This document shows positions 26,472 to 38,900 of a stretch of 64,000 nt of DNA, in pieces; position 1 is the stretch's first letter; each line of letters opens with the position of its first letter. This stretch comes from Auanema rhodensis (Eukaryota; Animalia; Nematoda): contig OZ059896.1 in the NCBI GenBank assembly GCA_964057225.1, positions 10,540,001-10,604,000 of the forward strand, given 5' to 3'. Under the pieces are notes generated by a model. That model did no database searches. It saw only the letters and a program-made list of their open reading frames with translations, and had not been told where the DNA came from. Made by a program: the position numbers and the translations under genes.

Positions 26472-28199
26472 ATGTGTCTTTCGGAACCAAATGGTTACCG
26501 AATATGTAGTTGCGTAATCGATTTATTTATTCTTCCTACTGTATGTATTTTGGGTAAGTTATTGTATAAAATAATATATATTTTCTTAATTATTGATTTT
26601 TTCATTAAAACTTTTAAAAAGAAAACATAATTCTTAAATATATTATATTAACATAAAATAGAATTTGGTTAATTGATTCAGCTAAACTCTTGATTCTTCA
26701 ATATAACAACAAATAATTCTCACAAACATTAAAAATAAATATTAAGTTTGGGAAAATGACAATCAATAAATTAATTTTTTAAGTTTTAGAAAAATTTATA
26801 TATAAAAAATTTGTTTAAGGTCTCATTTTAAATTGTTCATGTTTACTGGTATTCTCTAGACTTCGGTCACATCCTCTTGTACCAGCATTGATAATTCTTA
26901 GTTCTTGTGACTTACTACAACTATTATTTTCATTATTTGTTCTATTTATACCAGCTTTACATGATTTCACAGGTTCTGATAGTTATGGACCTTTAGGTTA
27001 TCTATAATAAATATAATATATAATATATCATAATGTATATTTATAGGACAGATTGCATATCTTTCAACTGGATTATTATCTCCATTACTTTTAGCCTCAA
27101 ATTGCGCTAGTATTTGGACAATAACATACATTTCAATCAAAAGACATCATGTATGTCATTGATTTTTTATTTTAAATATAGAATATTATATTAAAGAATA
27201 CAATATTTAAATTATAGGCAATTATACGGCCGCTTGAGCATATGAAATCACCTCATCGACGATTTTTTCCTCTTTTTTTAATTTCATTAAGCGCTTTACT
27301 CTTCAATGCTTCTAAATGGGCAGAATTTCAATGGAGATGGATAAATATTAATGTAATTTTAAATAAATGAATTATATACTATATATATTATATATATAGT
27401 TATATATAGTTATATAATAAAAATATAATATTATAGGATAAAGGAGAAACTCATTGGATTTTAACACATGATCCATCATCCTTATATAAAAATTCACAAT
27501 ACAGAACTATTGTGAGATTTTATAAGAAAAATCTATAGAATAATCAAATATTTCAGGTTGATCACTATCTATATCCATTGTGTGTATATTTGATTCCATT
27601 ATTATTACTATGCATACTTCATTTTCGAATTTTATCAGCATTATCTACAAAACGTATTTCATATAGTCATAAGACAAGGATGGTTCAAGAACGACGATCT
27701 GTTACATTACTGATATCTATTGTTATTTTATTTTTTCTTTGTCATACAGGTTTGTTTATATATTATTATTATTATTATTTATATTAAAATATTTCAGGTG
27801 GTATTATATTTCGTTTCATTAATCGTCCTGATTTTCCTGATATTGACTTTTTAGTATTTATGATGGATATTGTCAACTTATTATTCAATATTAATTCTTT
27901 TGCTAATCCTATGGTAATCATTAAAAATATCTTTTTTTTTTGTTCTTTTTATAATTAATTTTATATTCATTTTTAGCTTTATTTCTTTTTCACGCGTCAA
28001 TTCAGTGATCTTCGAGATAACTTCTTACAAGTTCATTTTCCAAATGTTCGAATAACGGGTGGAACTACATCTCCAACAACAAGTGTACGTGGCTTCAACT
28101 AATTTTTAGATAAAAAAATTTTATTTCTAATTATTTTTTTTTTAATTTAAATTGAAATTTCAGGGATGTGACACTAAGCCATTACGGGTTCCTGTTTAG
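26472..28199 (+). CDS. Class A GPCR, FMRFamide-receptor-like peptide receptor family
   Basis: Seven hydrophobic segments after splicing: ILGLILN (TM1), LSSCDLL (TM2), ASIWTITYISIKRHHAIIRPL (TM3), YLIPLLLL (TM5), RSVTLLISIVILFFLCHT (TM6), INSFANPMLYFFF (TM7, NPxxY). The N-terminal start is uncertain. Confidence 0.9.
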
Positions 28200-29270
28200 T
28201 GTATTTTGATATTATAATAGAAAAACAATTTAATAAAGCATTATACATAGTTTATTTTATAAAATTATTATAAATATAGTATAATATAATATTATAATAC
28301 TAAATGAATAGCATTCTGATGTAAAAATGATGACAAATCAAATTTAACAAAAAAAAAAAAGCAATACATGAACGGATGAAGCTGGAAAATACGAGAACGA
28401 TCAATTTAAGAAACAAAAGAATTGAACGATAATGAAAAATTGCATGAATTCTCTCCAAATATGGAAAAGAGGTGATAGATCTTGCTAATAAAAGAGAAAG
28501 AGACGTATATGATCAGATCAAGTTTCTTTGATTGAATGTTGTTCTCTTTTGAATTATTTCAAGATATTCTTCATCTTATTTAATCTTTTCATTTAAGCTT
28601 CTATCAATTGAACCTTCATATATCGTTTAAATTTATTTTTTTAACTAATTTATATATATATTGATTAAATTATAAAATAAAAAGAGAAAGATATAAGAAA
28701 CATAAGTTAATTATTAAATCTTTATTAGATATTATTTCCTTAATATTTTATTTATTTCTCTCTATTCAGTAAGATTCTTCTTTTAATTTCTAATTCTCTC
28801 TTTCTAATTGATAAAACAAATTTTAAAAAAACTTTTGTTATGTTATCCTTATGCTAACCATGTTTGATACATTTGCAAACATATAATGTCTGATTTTTTA
28901 TTTATAAAAATCAATAAAACTAAAATATATAATTAAAACACAAAATATATTTTTTATAAATTAATTAAATTTTAAAAAAATAACATTAAAGTACTAACCA
29001 ATCAAGAAATAAATAGTTGAATTGGTTATTTCTCCTAATGTTCGAGAAAGAAAAAAAAAGTTTTTTTTTGAAAACAATTTGCAGACAAAGAACACAAGAT
29101 TTCAATTTTCTATGAAAATATTCTGAAAACAGCTATCTATCAATCAAACTGATTCCAGTTATGATCATTGTTATTCAGTTTCAGATGTCTTCTCTTAACT
29201 CTTGATTTCAGATTTATTGAAATGTATTTTCTAAATCTATAATATTATTTTTTTTATTTAATTTTCAGAA

Positions 29271-30342
29271 ATGATTTTTATTTATAATTTATATATTTTA
29301 CTATTTATTCCAATAGTAATATGTCAACAACTTGTCTTTCCACATGGATATTTTGATAGCAACAAATTAAAACCTTTTGATGCTATTTATCTGAATATGA
29401 TGGCACAATCAAATCTTGAATATGGTGGAGTTACCTTAAAGGTTTTCGTTTTATGCTTATTCTTCATAATAATCTCTTTATATTCAATAGGAACTTGATA
29501 GCCTTGATGCACAGCGTAAGCTTATTCCACGACCGCCATCAATTGAACGATCACGTGAGGAAGATGCAACGATTTTTGATAGAAAGCCTACACAATCAGC
29601 ACCATCAGGTCCCATTTCTGACTTCTAACTATTCATATTAAAATTATATATTTTAGATATTATAAGTCATGTTGAAGATCATGACACAGCAAACGTTAAA
29701 CATAACGATAATCTCAAAACACAGAAAATACCAGATCAACCTTCAATGACTGAGATACAACCAAAATCACCTTTTAATAGATTATTACGTATATAATTAG
29801 ATTTGAAAATTTAAAAGGTTATTGTGAAACATTTCAGAAGATGATCCTATGGATAATCCTTTCGAAGAAATTGCTACTCGATCTCCTCCAAGAAGTGCTT
29901 TAGATTTTCAAAAAGTTCGTCGAAAGCTACATAAGCATCGGTATAATTGAATTTAAAGTTCAAAAAAAAAAACTTTTTTTTAAGTCCGTCATCTTCAACA
30001 TCATCTCATCATCACCATCACCATCATCACCATCATCATGAAGAAGATATAGAGCTTGATAATCCACCAAAAGTATCATCATCTTCATCATCGTCATCGT
30101 CATCGTCATCATCATCGTCATCATCACACAGTAGTTCATCGAATAAGAATATTCTAACGACGACACCAAAAACTATTCCAACGTTGATTCCACTCTCACA
30201 ACAATTAGCAAATCGTTTTGGTTTTAAACGAAGGCCAAATAATCCATACAGTACAATCGATATACATGATCCAACTATAGTACGATTACCAATACCATTT
30301 CCAGATGAAGATGATGAATCATTTGAAGAATTTCTTCATTAA
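29271..30342 (+). CDS. Secreted low-complexity protein with poly-His and poly-Ser tracts, unknown function (5 exons)
   Basis: TTTTCAG lies 2 nt before the ATG. Signal peptide MIFIYNLYILLFIPIVIC|QQ. Short GT-AG introns keep an open frame to ...PIPFPDEDDESFEEFLH*. AATAAA at ~30401. Confidence 0.8.
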
Positions 30343-30695
30343 AAATAATAATATATTTGTATATAAATATGTTTTTTTTTTCAAATATTTATTTTTATTT
30401 AATAAACAAAAAAAAATTATATTTATATAAAAACAAATAATATTTCTATTAAATATTTATACTATTATAATAGATTTTAAATACTTGAATAGGTATACAC
30501 GGATATACTATTCTCATTCCCTCTCTACTCTTCTCTATATTAACTATGAAGAGGATTAAATATAATTCATCTTTTTTAATATTCGATATATAGACAGTTA
30601 GCAAGTTTATATTTGAAATACAAAATTTACTAAAACATATAATTAAAGTCTTAATATTCTGAAATGATAATATAGTTATATATATATCATATATC

Positions 30696-32469
30696 ATGGC
30701 TAGGCTTATAAGTCGTTTGACTTTCAAAATATTTTTATTCTTTAGTTTAATATATAGCTTATTCATTATTTATACACAAAGGTAATAAATATATATTTAT
30801 TTATATTAATCAATAATTTATATTATTTTTTTCTATTTTTTTTAGACTTTTTTACATTGAAAATGAATTAGTAGCTAAGATACTCTTATCATCATCAACT
30901 ACTAACAAATATGAAAGAAGAATACCATTTCAATCTTATGGAAAAGATTTTTGTGTTGCTTATAGAGTTGTAACAGCTACTAAAACGTTTCTAATATTCT
31001 TTTATTTTCTAATATTTTATAAATTTATTTTAAGATTTCGTGAAGATGGACTTGAACCTATATCATTAGCTACACATACAACTGCAACATATTTGAAATA
31101 TGTGATTGAACAGGTTATATATAATTAAAAATTTAACTAAAACTTAACTATATTCAAGGTTGAAACATATGATGGACCTATATCTTTAGCATTTTTTGTT
31201 GATAAAAATACAGAAGGATCATTATCATTTCTATTAAATCTTTATGAATGTGATCAATCATTCTCAGAAAAAGTTTCATTTAACTATAGGATTATATTTT
31301 TAATTTATATATTCATAGATAACACTTCATATAATATTTCGACGTTCACCATTTTTAAAAATATGTCCAGATGTTACTGTCGAATTGAGGCCATGTGAAA
31401 ATTTTACAAAAACATATAGTTTAATATATTATAACTACTAAATATATAAATAATATATTTTAGAAACGAAATATCTTAATCGTTTAATACCTCCATTTGG
31501 CATTTATCCAATTAATATTGTACGTAATATAGCTAGAAAAGGAGCACAAAGCTATTTGCAGATAATTGCTGACATTGAAATGATATTCAGGTTGTAACTT
31601 CTTCCTAATTTAAATGTTTTGGATGCAAGTTTTCTGTTATTTCAGTCTAAATTTTGCTAATGAAATTAAAAAAATTGCTAATGATATTATAACTCAGGAA
31701 TCAAAACAATTAATTGTTTTACGGTAATATTAATTATTTCTAAAAAATAATTATAATAACAGAATTATAATTACAGACGTTTTGAGTTAGAAGAAAAAGT
31801 TAAACATGTTCCTCGAACTGTGGAAGATTTAAAATCTTTATTTTTAAAAAAAAAGTATTTAGATATGTAAAGTTTTTATTATAATAATAAGTAAAATTTA
31901 AGAGTTTTTGAATTTCATCACAAGCTATTTCCTGTGGGCCATACAATTCCAGGTTTATTTGATTGGTTTCGACGATCCTTAAACTCAACATTACCAACTA
32001 GCTGGATTATACCTTACAAGTATTGTTTAGAAGATAAAATATAAATTTAATTTTCATATGGTTAAGAGGACCGGCTTGGGAACCACAGTTCATTATGCAT
32101 GCTGATGCACCAATGAGCGAAGAATTTGTGCCAACAAGGATAAGGGATCACCAAGCTCTGGTAATTCAATGATGCATAACAATATATAATTATAATAAAA
32201 TAAGTTATAGACTTTTGAATTATGTCGGGCAAATTATAAATTTCATATAATATCAAGACATTTTAATGTACATAGAGGAGTTAAGAAGGAATCAACTCAT
32301 TTAGATATTGCTGTTAAAACTCATCAACTTCGTTTACGTCTTGAGTATGTATATATAATATTATATTTATATATACTTTTATTTTTTTAGAAGTCGAAAG
32401 AAATTCTTGCATCGTATTGAAGCTATGTATCCTGAAACTCTGAAAATTTGCAGAAATTTTACAATGTGA
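30696..32469 (+). CDS. Glycosyltransferase family 49 (bgnt-1/B4GAT1-like), type II membrane protein
   Basis: N-terminal TM MARLISRLTFKIFLFFSLIYSLFIIY. Motifs ISLATHTT, YDGPISLAFFVD, YPINIVRNIARKGA, IIADIEMIF, EFHHKLFPVGH, WEPQFI and FELCRANYKF are characteristic of nematode GT49 proteins. Confidence 0.92.
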
Positions 32470-32574
32470 TGAAAAGAATTCAGTAAAGTTGATATAAAAT
32501 TTAGAAAATAAAATAAAATTTTACATGTTTGGTAATCTGTTTTTGTGTTGAGAGAGGATACAAAGAAGAAGATT

Positions 32575-32605
<31 letters not shown>

Positions 32606-32639
32606 CTTTTTCTTTTCTTTCTTCTTTGGTTTTTCGGAG

Positions 32640-33640
32640 TTGCTAAAAATAATAGTTTATTGCGTTCTCTAACGATTTTGCTGATAGTAGTCTTGTTTCT
32701 TGTTAATTTTCGAGATAAATGGCTGCACCTACGGTATATGATGATGTATCTGAGAAGGCTGCTATGTAACATTGTTCTATTTGTGTGCCACGTTGATCTA
32801 TGATTGAAGTAATTTTCATTACTTTGTAATTTTGGTGAGGGATCTTAAGCCAATTTTTGCTTTCTGTTTCTTGAGGAGTTAAATCTTACGAATTGTCCGA
32901 CGGGCAGATCTGACTCATGCCAATTTTTATAGTAATGGTAACAGGTGTCCCTAGTATTCCAACGGATCGAAAGCTGATACCAGAATGCTACTGCTTTCCT
33001 ATGTGACGTCGGTACTGTTTTCTGGAAATTTGGAGGTGCCACTGTCAAATTCTATTTCATATCTTAATCTTATCTCATTACCGTTCATCTTCTTTTCTTA
33101 CTCAATAGTAGTCAGGTGCTTCTGGACATTGGTGGCAATGTGTTTCAATTCATGTCTTATTCTTTAAATATTTCATCGGATTTTATATAAATATCTTATA
33201 TTTCTGTCCACTTGTCCTTTCCAATGATCACATTGTCTACGTATAGTCTATCGGGGAGTTCTTTTGTTTTCGTAGATATTTTTCCGTTAACAAGAATAGA
33301 CTTCGAAGGGTAATCTTGTAAGACGTAGTTGGATGAAGTTGTGCGATGTTGGTTCACAGTCATTAGTTCTAAGATGTTCACATACATGTATTCATATAAG
33401 TCTCTTCAAGTTGTGATTTCGTATTGGTCATTTCATCGTGCTCCGGACACACCAACAAATGGGATGAGCTCATGCTTGAGCACGTATGATTGCAGATCAG
33501 ATTGAAGCTGTAGCTCTTGGTGTTGTGGTTTTGTTCCAAAACATTTGAGGCAAAGTTTGAGCCCTTGACCTTCTGTCAAGTTTAAATTTTGTGTTCCGTT
33601 TTCAAATATATTATTGTTGTTATCAAATATTAGAAACTTC
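32640..33640 (-). mobile_element. Degenerate BEL/Pao LTR-retrotransposon pol fragment (RT and RNase H region)
   Basis: Interrupted minus-strand frames contain LIPFVGVS, RLYVDNVIIG (RT YxDD motif), IRWNT and AAFSDTSSYTVGAAIYL...TRLLSAKS (Pao RNase H F.DAS...GAA.YL...LL.AKS), in the expected order. Many stops and frameshifts, no introns, no LTRs seen. Confidence 0.8.
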
Positions 33641-33894
33641 ATTAAATATTTGAGATAAAAATAAACTTTTTAAAAATAAAAAAACTCTTTAACATAAACT
33701 ATAATAAACAAAATATATAAAAATAATATTTAACATAACAGAAATGCTAAAAATAATATATTCGAACAGTTTTCTAGGTTATAGAAAACATTCCATTCTA
33801 TATGTGATGAATAGAATTTTTCAATTATTTTTATTCATAAAAAGAATTATTTTATTCTTATATTTTAAAGAAATTGTTTCCGATAAAAAAAAAT

Positions 33895-35943
33895 CTAAGC
33901 AGAATCAGATGGAGTTTCGTTATCATCTAAACGATTTCTTCGTACTTTCAAGTAAGCTGCTAATTCAGCTCCTCGTTTGGTTTGATACTAAATTAATTTA
34001 TTATAATTATTATTGCTAATTATGAAAAAAAAATGAACCTGGCTTTTATTCTTTTGGACTAAGATTTGACTATATAAGCGACTACCTTCATCTTTTCCAC
34101 AAGCCTTAATATGTTTAATTAATTTAATATATTATATTAATTATATTATATTATTACCTGAATTAAATGATTTTTGTTAAGAGAAAACATTGTTGCTCCA
34201 TTTTGTCCTTCAAATAACTCTATGACTCTATAAATTATATGATATAATATATAATTTAATGAATATTTCTTAGATTACCTGGATGAAAATCCTTTTTCTT
34301 CTAACCATATACCGACATCTTCAGCTGTAGATTGGCTATTTAGTTGGATTGTTGATGGTTGTTGATTTCTTTCTTTAACTTTTTTTCTTAGAATCTGAAG
34401 AGTTTTTTTCTAAAATTTAACTTTTTTTAATGAAAATTCATACTTCTCCACTATCTTTTCCAATCGTACTGTTCAATTCTTTTACTAATTGCTGCTCTAA
34501 AAATAGTTTTTTTAAATTTCCTGCATTGAAATAAATATGAATCACCTTCAGGACTTCTCTTATTTATTTTCAAAGCAGGTTTTTCACGAGCAGGTACTAT
34601 TTCAACAGATTTCTAAGATTTAATAATAATAATAATAATTAAATTATTACATGATTATTTTTGTTTACCTCTGTTTTACGTAATTGTTGTTCTCTCAACA
34701 TTTCAAGCATTGATGCTGTTGGAGCTGGAGGTGGTGGAGGATCATTTGTTCTTGTTTCCTTTAAGATTTTTCAAAAAAAAATTAAAGTTTTTAGGATTAT
34801 TCATACTTGCGAAATTGATGGAACTATGGCAAAATTGGCTTGAACAGCAACATCAGATATGGTAGTTGCTGAATATTATGGAAATAAAAATGTAAAATTT
34901 CCTATTTGTTATATTTAACTAGGACTAAAAAATTAAAACCGACTAAAGTATTGTAAAAATGTTCTAAAATTGAAGGGAAAATAGCACAAAGGGATGATAA
35001 CATGAGGTTTGAAGTTTACAGAAAAAGCTGCAACTAAGTTATCTGTTTAAAACATTTGAAAATTACCCTTTTTCAAATTATATTGTCATCTATTGTTTAC
35101 ATATAATTCTATTAAATTTGGGGAAAAAATTGAACAAATCGAATATATAATAAACATTCATTAGGCTATTATAAAAAAAAACGAATAATAAATAAAAAAA
35201 ATGAAAAAGGCACAATGTTTTGGGGTAGCTCAATCAGCTTTCCGCAGGTAGATTTACAAGAAAAACGGGATGCGTGTATGGAAAAATTTGAACAAAATCA
35301 CATAAAGATAGAAAAAAAATGAATCATAAGTGATCAAAAATAATAATAAAAATTTTGTTCTAATTAGAATATATAAAAGAATAGAAATGAAAATGAAAAT
35401 GAAAACTAAAATCACGATGAAGTAAAATAGTTGAGCTCTCTGTTTCTATGATAGTATACGATATGATGATATATTATAAGTAGTAATAGGATTATATATG
35501 ATATAATGAACATAAAAGCATTGAATTGGAATTCTATCCGTTAGAGTAGACATCCATGGGAAGTAGCTGACCAAGCTGAGGGAAGTTTCAAACGCAAAGT
35601 TTTTTTTTTCGAAGCTACAAACGAAGCCGGCGGGCGACAGATGGGAATTTTGGAAGAAACGTAGGAAGAAGGTAAACGCAGGCTCTCATTTAAATTTGAA
35701 AAAAATGTAGCAGAATAGAGGTGTTTTGAGTATTAAATCTATTGAAATGAATAGGTATATTTTATCTACAATAATGGAATTTCTAACGATACTTATAGAT
35801 ATAAAGAAGTATAGATATCTGGGAAGAAATGGTATGGTAAGGAAGACGAATGGTTTAATTGGTATACACATAAATATTTCTTTCAACTCAAACTTTTTTG
35901 TGCAAAAATATGACTAAATTTGGAATATGATTAAGGACATCTA

Positions 35944-35984
<41 letters not shown>

Positions 35985-38900
35985 CCTTTGATAACTAATG
36001 GTTAGACACGCGATTCACGATACAAAGCACCGTTAACGTCGTCATCGTCATATTTGCCTGTATGACTATCATTGTTGAAAACAGATTTGTTTTCAATCTG
36101 TTTCTTACAGCATGATGACATGATTCATTTGTGACAAACGGCGACGACTAAGCGTCAAGTCATGATTAAACTTTTCCTGAGTTTGACATTGAAACTGAAG
36201 AAGATTTGGAAAACAAAAAGAAAAACGAACGATACGTATGGAGTCGCAATTCTGAGGGCAAAACTCGAGAAAGGCTAAGGAGTTAGGTCAGAGTATAATT
36301 ATTGACAAAAGAAATTATATATAAGAATATAAAGGATAACCTCTACAAGAAAAAGCTTTTAATCTTTGAAATGTGTATGTAGTCGAGTCTTGATGATTTT
36401 CTAATCATCCATCTGCAGGAGTGAAAAGCACGGAGGAAAGTTGGCGTAGGTTTAAACGATAATTATCAAACTATACGAATATAAACAAGACAATTTGGGA
36501 AATAATTAAGACAGTGAGCAAACAACATATGGAAGACATGTAACGTGTGCTAAACGAAGCGTCGAAAGCTTATATGTCCAGGACACAGGTGTGAAGTTTA
36601 TGTAGGTAGACTATTCTGGATGGACGTTGCGGATGCAATTAGAAGTAACGGAATTCGCCTCTTTTGCCTTGTCGTTCTTTCACATAGGCTGGAGCATCGT
36701 CCGGTAGCATACCTTGTTTAGGGCTATGTTGACTGATACCCGATCTTGTAATATGACCATTTTCACGATGAGCAGGCATCTGAAGCAGAATATGTGAATA
36801 CGAATCAGAATACTGTAGATTGTGAATAGTGAATGAATACTTACTGGATCTCCATAGATATCACGATTATCTCCATAATCCATTGGAACCATTGACAGGA
36901 TGGTATGAGGAACATATCCAACACGTTGATGAACATTACGACATTCCCACCAATTTTTAGTATCTTCCAATACCTAAATATAATTAATTAAGAATATAAT
37001 TAAGAATATAATAACCTCCAAATATTCTCCTCTACTAACAGTTAATTCTTTAGCATTTTGAGCTACACGATCAAATGTTGCAACAACCAATTTTGAATTT
37101 CTGAATTAATTATATTAACTATATTAATTATTTCTTTTATAAAATACCTTGAAATAACATCATCTATAAATGATCTTTGTCTAGGTGAAATAACATCAGG
37201 ATCAGGCAATATTGGACGAGCTTGATTGAATGGTGTAGCACGTGAAGCTAATGGAGAAGGTTGGCTGGATGGTGGTCTATATAGATGTGATTTTCTAATT
37301 TCTGATAAAGATAAATACTTACGCTTCATACTTTGGTCTTAGTTGAATAGCTGGACCATTTTGATTGGTTGATGCTGTAGGCCCTGTAGGTGGTTGCTTT
37401 TCTTGCAAAAGCAAATTGCGTTCAGCCTCCATACGAGCTCTTTCATCTCTGAAATTTACAAAAAAAAAAGTTTGAAAAAGTTGAAATCATGTGAGAACCA
37501 ACCTTAATTTGCGTTCTTCTTCTAAGAGACGACGTTCACGTTCCAACATCTTGGCTCTTTCAAAATCAATTCGTTCACGTTCAAGAGATAAACGATCGAG
37601 ATTAAGCTGTAAATAATCAAAATTATTAAGGTTGAAATAATTTTTTGTTATTTATTTCCCCTTAATGCTTAACTTATAGCATTATTTGTAACGGTTGTAT
37701 ATATGTAGGTAAAGATATTTATAATAAAAACTAAACAAAATTTTTGAAAAAGGAAAGATAAAACAAAAGGAAAAAATGATAAATAAGATTATTTTTTCAA
37801 ATAATTTTCATTTTTATCAATAATAATGTTTTCAATGATTATTCTTACGTTGTCCACACTGAGATTTCTTTGAGGTCGCGGAGCACGCGGTCGAGAAGAC
37901 AATGGAGTATTTGGAGCCTAACAAGGAAACAATGGTTTTAAGGGTCAATATATGGTTTAAACATGCAAAATTGAAAAAAAAGGATATACTTGTGTTAGAT
38001 GTGAGTTAATTATATAACTAGTACGTTAGCTAATAGGTATGTGATTGGTGTAATGTGGAATAACATAGATATATTGGCTTTAACAGCTTTTCTGACTATT
38101 TTACAAGACATTTTAGAGTTTAAATTGGACATGGACAACGGACTATACTCTATTCTATCACCAGTTTCTTCCCAACATATTAAATATTTTAAAAAAATAT
38201 AATTACCGTATCGACGCTACGATCACGTCCAGCTTGGCGGAATTGTGCAGGAGGCGCAGATTCGCCTCGATGAATTGGAGCTGGATAGTTTGGTCTGGCC
38301 TTCAAATATTATTACTTTTATAGATTTATTTGAAATGTTATTACTTGATCAGGCAATCCGTATGGGGCAAATCCATCAGCAAAAATTGGCCTGTATGATG
38401 GTGGCAATGAACCATTCCAATCCTCTCTATATCATTTCAAATTATAAAAAATCAAATATTAAAGTTAACATACGGTGGTGTTCTCCAAGCTTCACCTAAG
38501 CTAAGCCATATATCTGATTCTTTGCTTGTTAAACAGTTTTGTAAAAGTTCACGAGCTTCTAATGAGAGAAGAGGTGAATGAATTTGAGGAGCAATGTTTC
38601 TTCCTAAGCCCCAATGACAAGCTTGTAGAATGACAGTCAAAGGAGTAAAAAGGAAATGCAACAAGTCTGGAGCATTAGGATCATGAATATGACTCTTCAG
38701 CTTAGCCTAAAAAAAGATTTTTATTAATATTATATGTTTTTTTGGTGAAATAAAACGTACCAAAAGATTGAAAGAAAGTTTAAACTTTCTAAGCATATCA
38801 ACAAATTCACTTTCCAATGGTAATTGAGCTCTCATTTGTAAAATACCATTTGGATCTGGATGTGAACTCTTCTTATCACGACGTTGTGCAGTACGATTGC

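Noticed and set aside
35222-35280. GGGGTAGCTCAATC, a tRNA-like 5' start
   Set aside because: No T-loop/B box or acceptor stem.
38245-38499. Plus-strand ORFs overlapping eps-8 (also 34661, 40862) and antisense ORFs over unc-129/pnp
   Set aside because: They are antisense shadows of real exons.
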